The notes: generated by a model from the letters alone, not told the origin. DNA of 30,466 bases from Candidatus Eiseniibacteriota bacterium (GCA_052390515.1 JBQTGV010000159.1:1-30466), one strand, 5' to 3'. Positions 1 to 8,622 are shown, counted from the first letter of the stretch. A program made the numbers and translations.

Positions 1-2741
1 ACCAGCGCGCGGGCGCCCGCGGCGCGGAACGCGCGGCGCAGGCCCAGCACTCCCTCGTTGAGATCCAGCTCGCCGAGCCCGGTGTCGCACGCGGACAGGG
101 CGACCCACTCGAGCGCGTCGAGATCGAGCCCCGCGATCTCCTCGGCCGTCAGGATCCCGTCGTCGGCGGGGTCGCGCGCACTGGAGCGGTCGTTCGCGCC
201 GGCCAGCGCCAATCCGCCGCGCAGCAGCGGATGGGCTGTATCCGCGCCGTCCTCGCTCCCGGACACGGCGCAGCTCTCCGGCAGGAAGAACCCGTGCGCG
301 GCGACGTGGAGAGCTCGCCGTCCGGGCGCCCCCTCCCGCAGCGCCCGCTCGCTGGCGGCGGCGCCGGTGAGCACCTTCGCCCGATCCTCCGAGGCCACGC
401 CGCGCTCCGCCGACTCCCACGCGCGCGCGATCTCCGTCACCTCCGCGGCGGACCCGGGCAGCGGCGCGAACCGACCGCCCGCGAGCACCGCGCAGGGATC
501 CTCCTCCACCCGCAGCCCCGCCGCGCGTGCGATCGCCGGGTCCGCGTCGAACGCCGGCCCGCCCAGCGCGAGGAGTCCCCGCCCGCCGCCGTGCTCGCGG
601 GCGGCGGCCGCGACGAGGTCGCGCTCGACCGCCAGCGCGCAGAACACAGGGCCGGTCTCGGCCAGCGTCCGCCCCCGTCCGTCCGGCAGAGCGGCGAAGG
701 GCACGACGAGCAGCGGGCTCTCCGGAGCGACGAAGACGCGCGAGGCGCCGGCGCAGAGCGCGGCCACCGGATCCCAGATCGTCTCGCGCACGCGGCGGCC
801 CAGGGACTCGCAAGCTTCCTCGTCCGCGCCGCGGCGCAGCGCATCCGGCGGCCGGCGCATCGCCGAGAGCCAGGCGTGGACCTTCGCCTCCACGTCTCGC
901 GCGAGCCCCAGCGGCACCGCCCGCGGGCCGGGTCCGTCGGCAGCCAGCACGAACGCGACGACCGAGGTGGTGGACTCCGACGCGACGCCGAGGAAGAGAT
1001 CCTCATACCAGGCCCAGGTCACCAGGGCCGACCCCTGCGGCAGCGCGGCGGCGATCTCGGCGAGGCCCGCACCAGATCCGCGCAGCTCGCGGCGAAAGGC
1101 CAGGCTGTGCTCGGCGAGAGCCTGCTCGGCCTCGCGCTTCGCGGCGATCGCGGCCGCCAGCGTGTCCGCTCCCCCAAGCGCGAGGTGCGCCAGCCGGTCC
1201 CGTGCCGCGGCAACGCGCGCGTGCAGCCGAAGGGCCGCGGTGTCGCCGCCGGCCGCCGCCCAGTGGCGGCGCTGCGCCATCTCGTCCAGCACCACCGACC
1301 GCGAGCGCGCGAGCGCGTCCCAGGTCCGCGCGACGACCGCGGTGTCGCGCGGGGCGGCCGCCGCCGCGGTGAGCGCCACCTGCAAGCCGGACGAGCGCGA
1401 GGCCGTGTAGATCAGGGCCTGCGCCTCGTCGAGACCTTGCGCCGTGATCCGCAGGTGCTGCAGCGTGACGCGCTCGGCCTCGAGCGCCAGGTCCAGCGCC
1501 TCGCCGGCTCGCCCGAGCCGGAGCAGCGCCTCGGCCAGCGCGATGGTCGCGTCCTGCGCGAAGGGGTGATCCGCGCCGAGGTGCTCGCGGTTCGCCGCGG
1601 CAGCCTGGCGCAGCACGCGCTCTGCTTCGTCGGGCGCATTCGCGTCGAGGAGAAGGCGACCCAGGCGCAGCCGGGTGCGCGCCGCTTCCGCGCTTCCCGG
1701 ACCGAGGAGCGAGTCCCGGATGGCGATGGAGCGCTCGAACAACGGTCGCGCGGCGTCGGTGCAGCCGAGCGTCGCCTGCGCGAGCGCCAGGTTGTTGAGC
1801 ACCTGCGCCACGGAGCGGTGCCACGGCCCGTAGGCTCGCTCGTAGATGTCCAGCGCGCGCTCGTGCAGCGGAACGGCGGCCGCGGCGTCCCCGGAGCGCT
1901 CCAGCGCGTTGCCGAGATTCATGAGGCTCACCGCGACGTGGACGTGCTCGGGGCCGAGGAGCTTCTCGCGGATCCCCAGCGCACGGCGGTTGAGCCGCGC
2001 CGACTCGGCGAAGTCGCCGAGGTCGTAGTAGACGTTGGCGAGATTGAGCAGCGTCCAGGCCACGTCGGGGTGTTCGGTCCCCAGCACCCGCTCGCGGATC
2101 TCCAGCGCTCGCCGATGCGTGCGCAGGGCGTCCAGGGACCTGCCCGCGTTGCGGTAGGCGATGCCGAGCGCGTGCAGCGCCTGCGCTGCCGGCGTGCTCT
2201 CCGCGCCGGAAAGACGCTCCCGCAGCGCATGCACCTCGATCCAGCGCTCGACGGCCCGCTGTGGATCGCCGCCGCTCATCTCGACGTTGGCGAGGATGGA
2301 GAGCGCGCGGGCACGCTCGCCGTCGTGCTCCGCTCCGCCGGTTGCCTCCAGGATCCGCAGCGCACGCTCGGCGGCCGCCCGCGCCTCGTCGAGGCGGCCG
2401 GTGGGCCAGAGAGTCATGCCCAGCAGGTCGAGCGCGGCGGCGACGCGGGGATCGGACTCGCCGTGCGCGCGCTCGCGCAGGTACACGGCGCGCATCGCCT
2501 GCTCCACCTGCCGCTCTCCCGCGCGCGACTGCTGGACGTCGGCGCGCAGCACACGCTCGATCGCTTCGACGAACCTCACGCTGTCGGGGCCGGGATCCAC
2601 CTCGGCGGCCTGCAGCAGTGCCGCGGCCAAGCTGTCCGCCTCACGATAGCTGCCCGCGGCGAGAAGCGCGTCAACCGAGTCGGCGGGCGCGGGCGTCGGC
2701 GCCGCGGTGAGCATCAGGAGTGCGCCGGCGGCGGCGATCAC
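1..2741 (-). CDS. TPR repeat / CHAT domain (caspase-like) protease, 3' end outside the window
   Basis: Manually translated minus frame, absent from the ORF track because no stop is in the window. GTG at 2741 overlaps the sigma-factor stop (GTGA). N-terminus MIAAAGALLMLTAAPTPAPA is signal-peptide-like. Kinesin-light-chain-type TPRs (e.g. LGTEHPDVAWTLLNLANVYYDLGDFAESARLNRRALGIREK). CHAT motifs LHVAAHGFF (His codon 294-296) and DGILTAEEIAGLDL...LSACDTGLG...EGVLGLRRAF (Cys codon 87-89). Confidence 0.92.
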   Translation of the reverse strand, partial: MIAAAGALLMLTAAPTPAPADSVDALLAAGSYREADSLAAALLQAAEVDPGPDSVRFVEAIERVLRADVQQSRAGERQVEQAMRAVYLRERAHGESDPRVAAALDLLGMTLWPTGRLDEARAAAERALRILEATGGAEHDGERARALSILANVEMSGGDPQRAVERWIEVHALRERLSGAESTPAAQALHALGIAYRNAGRSLDALRTHRRALEIRERVLGTEHPDVAWTLLNLANVYYDLGDFAESARLNRRALGIREKLLGPEHVHVAVSLMNLGNALERSGDAAAAVPLHERALDIYERAYGPWHRSVAQVLNNLALAQATLGCTDAARPLFERSIAIRDSLLGPGSAEAARTRLRLGRLLLDANAPDEAERVLRQAAAANREHLGADHPFAQDATIALAEALLRLGRAGEALDLALEAERVTLQHLRITAQGLDEAQALIYTASRSSGLQVALTAAAAAPRDTAVVARTWDALARSRSVVLDEMAQRRHWAAAGGDTAALRLHARVAAARDRLAHLALGGADTLAAAIAAKREAEQALAEHSLAFRRELRGSGAGLAEIAAALPQGSALVTWAWYEDLFLGVASESTTSVVAFVLAADGPGPRAVPLGLARDVEAKVHAWLSAMRRPPDALRRGADEEACESLGRRVRETIWDPVAALCAGASRVFVAPESPLLVVPFAALPDGRGRTLAETGPVFCALAVERDLVAAAAREHGGGRGLLALGGPAFDADPAIARAAGLRVEEDPCAVLAGGRFAPLPGSAAEVTEIARAWESAERGVASEDRAKVLTGAAASERALREGAPGRRALHVAAHGFFLPESCAVSGSEDGADTAHPLLRGGLALAGANDRSSARDPADDGILTAEEIAGLDLDALEWVALSACDTGLGELDLNEGVLGLRRAFRAAGARAL

Positions 2742-3310
2742 CTCGCGTCCGCTCCGCGCTCCACGCGCATGCGCTCGCGGAGCCGGCGAATGCACTCGAA
2801 CATGCGCGCGCGCATCGTGCCCTCGCTGCGTTGCTCGCGGACGGCGATCCGCGCGTACGGCCAGCCCTCGAAGTAGTGCAGGCGAATGACCTCGCGGCAC
2901 CTTTCGTCCAGTGCGTCGAGCGCCCGGTGCAGGCGGGCGCGTTCGCCCTCGGCCTCGACGGCGTCGGCCGGGCCGGGCCCCGTGTCGGGAAGCGTTTCGT
3001 CGACCGGGTCGGCGCGGCGCACGCGCAGCCGGCGCACTCGGTCGATGGCCCGTGCCAGCGTGACGGTGCGTACGAAGGCGCGCAGCCCGTGGCGAAGGTG
3101 AAAGCCCGGGCGGGCCGCCGCCTGCCAGACCTGGACGACGACCTCCTGGACGATGTCGTCGACGTCCTCGGGTGCGAGATTCAGGCGGCGGTAGAGGAGG
3201 ATCTCGCGGGTCCAGCGGTCTATCTGCCGGCAGGCGCCGGCCTCGCCGGCCAGGAAGCGCCGGAGGAGCAGATCGTCCCCTGCGGCGGGCAGGGTGGAGG
3301 AAGCGTCCAC
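2738..3310 (-). CDS. ECF-type RNA polymerase sigma-70 factor (~190 aa)
   Basis: Region 2 (EDVDDIVQEVVVQVW...LARAIDRVRR) and region 4 (LDALDERCREVIRLHYFEGWPYARIA...GTMRARMFECIRRLR). The track ORF starts at 3388; GTG at 3310 preceded by GAGG is the more likely start. Confidence 0.9.
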   Translation of the reverse strand: MDASSTLPAAGDDLLLRRFLAGEAGACRQIDRWTREILLYRRLNLAPEDVDDIVQEVVVQVWQAAARPGFHLRHGLRAFVRTVTLARAIDRVRRLRVRRADPVDETLPDTGPGPADAVEAEGERARLHRALDALDERCREVIRLHYFEGWPYARIAVREQRSEGTMRARMFECIRRLRERMRVERGADAR

Positions 3311-3320
3311 GCGGGCCTCG

Positions 3321-3350
3321 TTGGCAGCCGTCGAGTGGGAGGAGTATAAA
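3321..3350 (+). promoter_or_regulatory. Putative sigma70-type promoter for the anti-sigma gene
   Basis: TTGGCA (3321-3326), 18 nt, TATAAA (3345-3350) in a 92-bp divergent intergenic region. TATACT on the minus strand overlaps it (3343-3348). Confidence 0.5.
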
Positions 3351-3402
3351 CGCGCGGGCGACTCGTGCGACAAGACGGCGGGAGGCATTCGGGAGGGAAG
3401 CC

Positions 3403-4299
3403 ATGGACCACCAGGAGGCGTCGCCGCTCGTCTCGGACTGGGTCCGCGGCGAGCTCGGCGGGAGCCGGGCCGCGCTCGTCGAGCGGCACGTGGCCGGATG
3501 CCGCGAGTGTCGCGACGCGGCGGAGGCGGTGCGGGCTCTCGTGGCGGAAGCCGGGCGGATGCGGGGCGCCGCGGTGGCGCATCCTCCCGCGGACACGCTG
3601 GCCCGCTACGTCACGGCGCCGCGGGAAGAGCCGTTCGCGTCGCTCGCCGGCGTGGCCATCCATCTGCAGGGCTGCGCGCCGTGCCGTGAGGACGTGGCCC
3701 TGATGCGCGAGGCCTCCGTGCCGGGCTGGTGGCGGCCGATCCGCGCCTGGTTCGCCTCGGCACCGCCCCTGCCGCGCGCGCTGCAGCCGGCCTTCGCCGC
3801 CGCCGTCGTGCTGCTGATCGTGCCCGCGTGGTTCGGCATCGTGGACGCGCCGCGGCAGCGCGCCGAGTCGGAGGGCCGCGTGCGCGCCGCGGAGGAGGCT
3901 CGCGCGAAGGCGGAGTCGGAAGCCGCGTTTCTGGCGCAGCGCGCCGCCGAGGCGCCACGCGGCGGAGGCGTGGCGGCCCTGGTGTTGCGCGGCGCGACGC
4001 GATCGGCGGAGGAGGCGCCCACGCTCTGGCTGCGCGCGGATCAGGCGCTGCAGCCGCTCCTGCTCGACGTGACGCCACCGGACGCGCCGATCACCGTGCG
4101 CCTCGTCGGCGCGGACGGGGTGATCGCCTGGTCGGCCTCCGGAGCACGGGACGAGTTCTGGGACGAGGCGAACCGGCTCGTCGGCGTGCTCGTGCCGGCC
4201 GCGTTGCTGCAGCCCGGCGAGCACCGAGTGGAGCTGTCGGCGGGTCCGGACGAGCCTGCGTTCTTCTCGGCCGCGTTCCGCGTTCTTCCCGTGCAGTGA
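3403..4299 (+). CDS. Membrane-anchored anti-sigma factor with two tandem zf-HC2 (ZAS) motifs (298 aa)
   Basis: ATG at 3403 after GGGAGGG. HVAGCREC and HLQGCAPC (HxxxCxxC) motifs, one hydrophobic helix (AFAAAVVLLIVPAWFGIV), a coiled coil, and a C-terminal beta-rich domain. Divergent from the ECF sigma gene. Confidence 0.85.
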   Translation: MDHQEASPLVSDWVRGELGGSRAALVERHVAGCRECRDAAEAVRALVAEAGRMRGAAVAHPPADTLARYVTAPREEPFASLAGVAIHLQGCAPCREDVALMREASVPGWWRPIRAWFASAPPLPRALQPAFAAAVVLLIVPAWFGIVDAPRQRAESEGRVRAAEEARAKAESEAAFLAQRAAEAPRGGGVAALVLRGATRSAEEAPTLWLRADQALQPLLLDVTPPDAPITVRLVGADGVIAWSASGARDEFWDEANRLVGVLVPAALLQPGEHRVELSAGPDEPAFFSAAFRVLPVQ

Positions 4300-4309
4300 C
4301 TCGCCGGAA

Positions 4310-5470
4310 CTACGATGCCGGCTCGGGGACGCCGGCGACGATGCTCCAGGCGCGCGGGTTCGCCTTCAGCCGTTCCAGCAGGCGCTGCGCCAGGAGCTCG
4401 TGGCCCAGGTCCGAGGGGTGGTAGTTGAAGCGCCCGAGCCGGTAGGGCTCCAGGTCGGCCACTCCCTCGAACGTATCCAGCAGGTTCACGCAGGGGATGT
4501 CGAGCTGGGCGAAGAGCTCCGGGACGCCCTCGAACCGTTCCGCGATCTCCACCGGCTCTCCCACCGTCGGCACCAACACGGCGACGACCTCCGCGCCTTC
4601 CTCGCGCGCGCGCCGCCGCATGGTCTCCATCGCCCAGCGCACCGTCTCGTTGCGGTGCGGCGCGAGCTTCGCGTCCAGAGTCGCCGGATCGTCGTCCGGC
4701 CGCAGATCGGCGCGGACGGCGAGCTCCTCCAGGAACGGGTAGTGCAGGTCGATTCCGTCGTGCACGAGCTGCCCGACGTGATCGCCCCACTTGCGGAACA
4801 CGGTGAGATCCGAGCACACGATGAGGTACGCCTGCGGCGAGAAGCGCGGCGCGATCTCGTCGACCACCCAGAGCATCTGCGTCACGCGGTAACCGCCGAC
4901 GGCGAAGTTCAGTAACTCGTAGCGCTCGACATCCGCGGCGGGCCGGTCGGCACCGAGCATCTCCTCCAGGCGCGCCTCGAAGCTCTTGCCCGCGGTAGCC
5001 CCGAGCCCCTGCACCACGGAGTCCCCGATCACGCCGATGCGGCGCGTGCCGGGGGGCCGCTCCACCGTGTACTCCCGGTCGGCCATCCCGAACGAGTTCG
5101 TGCGGAGTCGCACGCCGAGCTCCGGCACGTCGAGGTTGGACGCGAGCTTGTAGTAGACGAACCCGGGAACGCGCTCGTTCGTGGAGTTCATCTGCAGGCC
5201 GCGCCACCGCGACCAGTTCGTCGCCCACTTGCCGGTGACGAGGCGGTTGGTCGAGATCGTGCGGCTGCTGTGGTCGAAGAGGTCCTCGTAGTACCCGGCG
5301 GTCATCTGATCGGCGGCATCGGCGGCGACGGTGTCTTTGCGGACGCGGCGCAGCATGCGCTCCCACAGCGGCCGGTCGGCGCGGTCGTCATCCCCGGGAA
5401 AGAGCAGGACCGGCGCCAGCAGAGCGAGGAGCGTGATGAAGCAGGCCAGCGCGGGTCGGGAGCGCAGCAT
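4310..5470 (-). CDS. SGNH/GDSL-fold protein with N-terminal membrane anchor (AlgJ/DltD-like role; 386 aa)
   Basis: N-terminal hydrophobic helix, block I RIGVIGDSVVQG, block II LNFAVGGY, block V FNYHPSDLGH. Last gene of the MBOAT/A-domain operon. Confidence 0.85.
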   Translation of the reverse strand: MLRSRPALACFITLLALLAPVLLFPGDDDRADRPLWERMLRRVRKDTVAADAADQMTAGYYEDLFDHSSRTISTNRLVTGKWATNWSRWRGLQMNSTNERVPGFVYYKLASNLDVPELGVRLRTNSFGMADREYTVERPPGTRRIGVIGDSVVQGLGATAGKSFEARLEEMLGADRPAADVERYELLNFAVGGYRVTQMLWVVDEIAPRFSPQAYLIVCSDLTVFRKWGDHVGQLVHDGIDLHYPFLEELAVRADLRPDDDPATLDAKLAPHRNETVRWAMETMRRRAREEGAEVVAVLVPTVGEPVEIAERFEGVPELFAQLDIPCVNLLDTFEGVADLEPYRLGRFNYHPSDLGHELLAQRLLERLKANPRAWSIVAGVPEPAS

Positions 5471-5493
5471 CTAACGTTCCCTCGAGACGGACA

Positions 5494-7047
5494 CTAGGCG
5501 CCGGTCAGGTCGCGCAGCAGCCGCTGGTAGTCGGTCTTTCCCGTGGAGGTGAGCGGCAGATCGTCGCGCCAGGCGAAGGAGTCCGGAACCATGTACGCCG
5601 GCAGGTTGTCGTGGCAGAAGCGCTTCATCTCGATCACCGAGAGTCGATCGCCCTCGGCCACGCAGCAGGCGACGATTTTGACGCCCTGGCTCTCGTCGCG
5701 GACCGAGACCGCCGCCGCCTTGGTGATGCGCGGATGCTTGTAGAGTGCGCTCTCCACCTCGCCGAGCTCGATGCGATAGCCCAGACGCTTGACCATGCGG
5801 TCGCGGCGGCCGACGTAGACGAGATCGCCGTTCGAGTCCGGACGCACGACGTCGCGGGTGTCGTACCAGCGCACGCCGTTCACTTCGTCGAAGGCCTCGG
5901 CGTTCTCCTTGGGCCGGTTCCAGTAGCCCTGGAAGACGCAGTCACCGGAGAACCACAGCACGCCCTCTTCGCCGGGGGGTGCCGTCTTGCCGTCGCCGTC
6001 GCGGATCCAGGAGATGGTGTGGCTGCCGCAGGGCTTGCCGATGGGCGGCGGCTCGGTCACGTCCGCCGGGATCGGCGGCACGACCTCGTGGTACGTGCAC
6101 ACGTTCGTCTCCGTGGGGCCGTAGAGGTTGTACCAACGCGAGCGGGTCCAGATCTCCGTGCAGCGGCGCAGGTGCTTCACCGGGAAGACCTCGCCGGCGA
6201 AGAGCGCGAGCCTGGGTCCCTCCCAGCCGGCCTTGTCCATCCCGCCGAACTGCAGCATGAGCGAGAGCGTCGAGGGCGTCGAGTACCACACGGTGAGGTC
6301 GCGCTCGGCGGCGAAGGCGACGAGCTCCTTGGGGCTCTTGCCGAGGTCGTCGGGGATGAGGTGGACGGAGGCTCCGTGCTTCCAGGCCACGTGCAGGTCG
6401 AGGATGGAGAGGTCGAAGTGGAAGGGCGCGTGGCTGGAAAAGCGGTCGTCGGCGGTCGGCGCGAACACCTGCGAGCACCAGTCCACGAACGAGAGCGCGT
6501 TCTTGTGGCTGATCTTCACGCCCTTGGGGATGCCGGTCGATCCCGACGTGTACAGCACGTAGGAGAGATCGTCGGGATTCCGCGGCACGGTCCCCGGTGC
6601 GAGCGGCGCGGAGTCCAGTGCCGCAGCGAACGGCCGCGATCCGGAGGGCGCGGCGTCGCCTTCGCCCATGAGCAGCACCTCGGGTCTTCGCACCGGCCAC
6701 TCGTCGAGCATCCCCGCGCACTTCCGGTGCAGCAGCAGTACGCGCACCTCGCAGTCCGACATGATCGCCCGGCCGCGGGCGTCCGGCGCGGTCCAGTCCG
6801 AGGGCACGTAGGCGGCACCGCACTTGAGGGCCGCGACGATCGTGGTGACGGCCTCGAAGCTCTTGGGGACGGTGAGGCCGACGCGTTCGCCGGGAACCAC
6901 GCCGGCGGAGCGCAGGAATCCGGCGAGCCGATCGGCGCGGCGGTTCAGCTCCGCGTACGAGAGCGAGGAGCCGTCCGGCATGACCACCGCCGGACGCTCC
7001 GGGTGCTTCGCCGCGGCGGCCTCGAACGTGTCCGCGAGATGGGTCAC
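5494..7047 (-). CDS. Stand-alone amino acid adenylation enzyme, predicted L-proline--carrier protein ligase (PltF/RedM/CloN4-like; 517 aa)
   Basis: Core motifs LSYAEL, YTSGSTGIPKG, FDLS, NLYGPTE, GRRDRMVKRLGYRIELGEVE, PLTSTGKTD. Specificity residues read by eye against GrsA give DLLYLALVCK. GTG start overlaps the carrier protein stop. Confidence 0.9.
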   Translation of the reverse strand: MTHLADTFEAAAAKHPERPAVVMPDGSSLSYAELNRRADRLAGFLRSAGVVPGERVGLTVPKSFEAVTTIVAALKCGAAYVPSDWTAPDARGRAIMSDCEVRVLLLHRKCAGMLDEWPVRRPEVLLMGEGDAAPSGSRPFAAALDSAPLAPGTVPRNPDDLSYVLYTSGSTGIPKGVKISHKNALSFVDWCSQVFAPTADDRFSSHAPFHFDLSILDLHVAWKHGASVHLIPDDLGKSPKELVAFAAERDLTVWYSTPSTLSLMLQFGGMDKAGWEGPRLALFAGEVFPVKHLRRCTEIWTRSRWYNLYGPTETNVCTYHEVVPPIPADVTEPPPIGKPCGSHTISWIRDGDGKTAPPGEEGVLWFSGDCVFQGYWNRPKENAEAFDEVNGVRWYDTRDVVRPDSNGDLVYVGRRDRMVKRLGYRIELGEVESALYKHPRITKAAAVSVRDESQGVKIVACCVAEGDRLSVIEMKRFCHDNLPAYMVPDSFAWRDDLPLTSTGKTDYQRLLRDLTGA

Positions 7048-7307
7048 TTCCCGCCCTTCTTGCGCGCGACGAGTGCCGCGATGTCGGCGATGCGGTCGAA
7101 GTCCTGGATGCCGGTCTCGTGCGCGGCGATCTCCACGCCGAACTCGCCCTCGACGTAGGACACCAGCTTGATCGTGGAAAGCGAATCGAGGATCCCGCTG
7201 GTGCGGAGCGGGGTGTCTTCGCCCAAGTTCTCCGGCGATTCGCCGGGCAGGAACTCCGAGAGGATGTAGGTCTTCAGCCGGGTCTTGATGGTCTGCAAGT
7301 CGCTCAT
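7044..7307 (-). CDS. Acyl/peptidyl carrier protein (87 aa)
   Basis: Small acidic protein with phosphopantetheinylation motif GILDSL...LVSYVEGEFGVEI, translationally coupled to the A-domain gene. Confidence 0.92.
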   Translation of the reverse strand: MSDLQTIKTRLKTYILSEFLPGESPENLGEDTPLRTSGILDSLSTIKLVSYVEGEFGVEIAAHETGIQDFDRIADIAALVARKKGGK

Positions 7308-7333
7308 GAAGCGCGTCCCCCTTTCTCCGGGTG

Positions 7334-7339
7334 ATTATA
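7334..7339 (-). promoter_or_regulatory. Possible internal -10 element upstream of the carrier protein gene
   Basis: Perfect TATAAT on the minus strand in the 55-bp MBOAT/carrier protein gap of a very GC-rich sequence. No convincing -35. Confidence 0.4.
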
Positions 7340-7362
7340 ACGGCAGCCTGCGGGTCCGTCTT

Positions 7363-8622
7363 TCAGCCGATCTTCCCGTAGGTCAGGAGCTCCAGCCAGG
7401 CGGCCAGCGTCGGGCTGGACCACAGGGACCACAGCACCACGATCAGCGAGAACGTGCCGGCGGTCTTCGCGAAACGGAGCGGCCAGGCGGGCGGCGGCCG
7501 CCTGCGGTCGGCGCGGAGCTCGCGGTGCACGTTCACCACCACGAGCGCGCCCAGCGTGCCCCAGAAGAGCGTGTCGGGCAGGGTCAGCAGCCATTCGCCG
7601 GAGAGCCACCAGTACTGCCACGCGTGCGTGAGCCAGGTCACGAAGAAGACAAGCACCGTGCCGATGAGCTGCGCCCGGACGTCGCCGCTCCTGCGCAGCC
7701 GGAAGTACGTCGGCAGGTAGACCATCTTCACCATGAAGTCCTTCCAGTAGATGTTGATGCGCCGCCAGAAGTCGGTGAGGCTCGAGGCCAGCAGCCACTT
7801 GCGATGCGTCTCGGGAAGGTCGTAGCCGAACAGGTGCAGCATGCCGACGATGATGTGGAAGGTGCCGGACACCTTGAGATACAACAGGTAGGTGAGCACC
7901 ATGGTCTGCACCAGCGCCGCGAGCGTCGTCACCTCCACCGGCGATCCGCGGCCGCGCAGCTGCACCACGATGCGGTAGAGCACGAGCTGCAGCGTGCCGC
8001 GCACCAGCCAGACGATTCCCTGCTGCGCCACGTCGTGGATGTTGCGGCGCAGGAAGGATTGCCTCATCGTCTGGAAGTCCACGACCGGGAAGAACAGGAA
8101 GTAGAAGTTCGGCAGCATGAAGAAGTACGTGGCGAAGTGCGTGAAGCCGAAGGGTGTCTTGGCGTGCTTCAGCTCGTACAGGTAGACGGCGAGGCGGAAC
8201 ATGAACAGTGCGCCGACGGTCGGCCAGAACGCGGCCGGCACGCCCGTATCCGGCAGGCCGCGCGCGGCGACGACCGCGACGCCGAGCAACAGGATGACGG
8301 AGAGGCGCACGCCGAACGGGAACGGCAGCCGGGTGACGCCGTACACCAGAACGCCGAAGCCGAGCACGAGCGCGGCGACCGGCGGCTCCAGCACGAGGAA
8401 CGCGCCGGCGGTGGAGAGCAGGATGAGGAAGCCTTCCTTGAGGCGCACCGGGAGCCAGTAGTGCACGGCGAACCCGCCGAAGCAGAGCACCGCGACGACG
8501 AAGAAGACGGGGCCTTCCACGTGATAGGCGTGGAAGGCGGCGAGCAGGAGCGCGAGCTGTCCGAGAAGGAGTGCGAACCGCGCCGGCCGCGGCCGGGCGT
8601 TCGCCGCGAGCGCCTCGCTCAA
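7363..8622 (-). CDS. MBOAT family membrane-bound acyltransferase (AlgI/DltB-like; ~419 aa)
   Basis: C-terminal half of track ORF 7363..9771. TTG at 8622 overlaps the dehydrogenase stop (TTGA). Many TM helices, LFGYDLPE...SSLTDFWRRINIYWKDFM..MVYLP, and catalytic His in TWLTHAW. Confidence 0.88.
   Translation of the reverse strand: MSEALAANARPRPARFALLLGQLALLLAAFHAYHVEGPVFFVVAVLCFGGFAVHYWLPVRLKEGFLILLSTAGAFLVLEPPVAALVLGFGVLVYGVTRLPFPFGVRLSVILLLGVAVVAARGLPDTGVPAAFWPTVGALFMFRLAVYLYELKHAKTPFGFTHFATYFFMLPNFYFLFFPVVDFQTMRQSFLRRNIHDVAQQGIVWLVRGTLQLVLYRIVVQLRGRGSPVEVTTLAALVQTMVLTYLLYLKVSGTFHIIVGMLHLFGYDLPETHRKWLLASSLTDFWRRINIYWKDFMVKMVYLPTYFRLRRSGDVRAQLIGTVLVFFVTWLTHAWQYWWLSGEWLLTLPDTLFWGTLGALVVVNVHRELRADRRRPPPAWPLRFAKTAGTFSLIVVLWSLWSSPTLAAWLELLTYGKIG

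Noticed and set aside
58-2876. Long plus-strand ORFs 58..1410, 231..2876 and 527..1372
   Set aside because: Antisense or shadow frames of the minus-strand TPR-CHAT gene. They are R/A/S/P-rich with no motifs, as expected at this GC content.
1-4299. Type III-E CRISPR (Craspase) locus suggested by TPR-CHAT + sigma factor
   Set aside because: No cas genes or repeat-spacer array in the window, and the partner is a ZAS membrane anti-sigma rather than a Csx30-like protein. Sequence left of the window cannot be seen.
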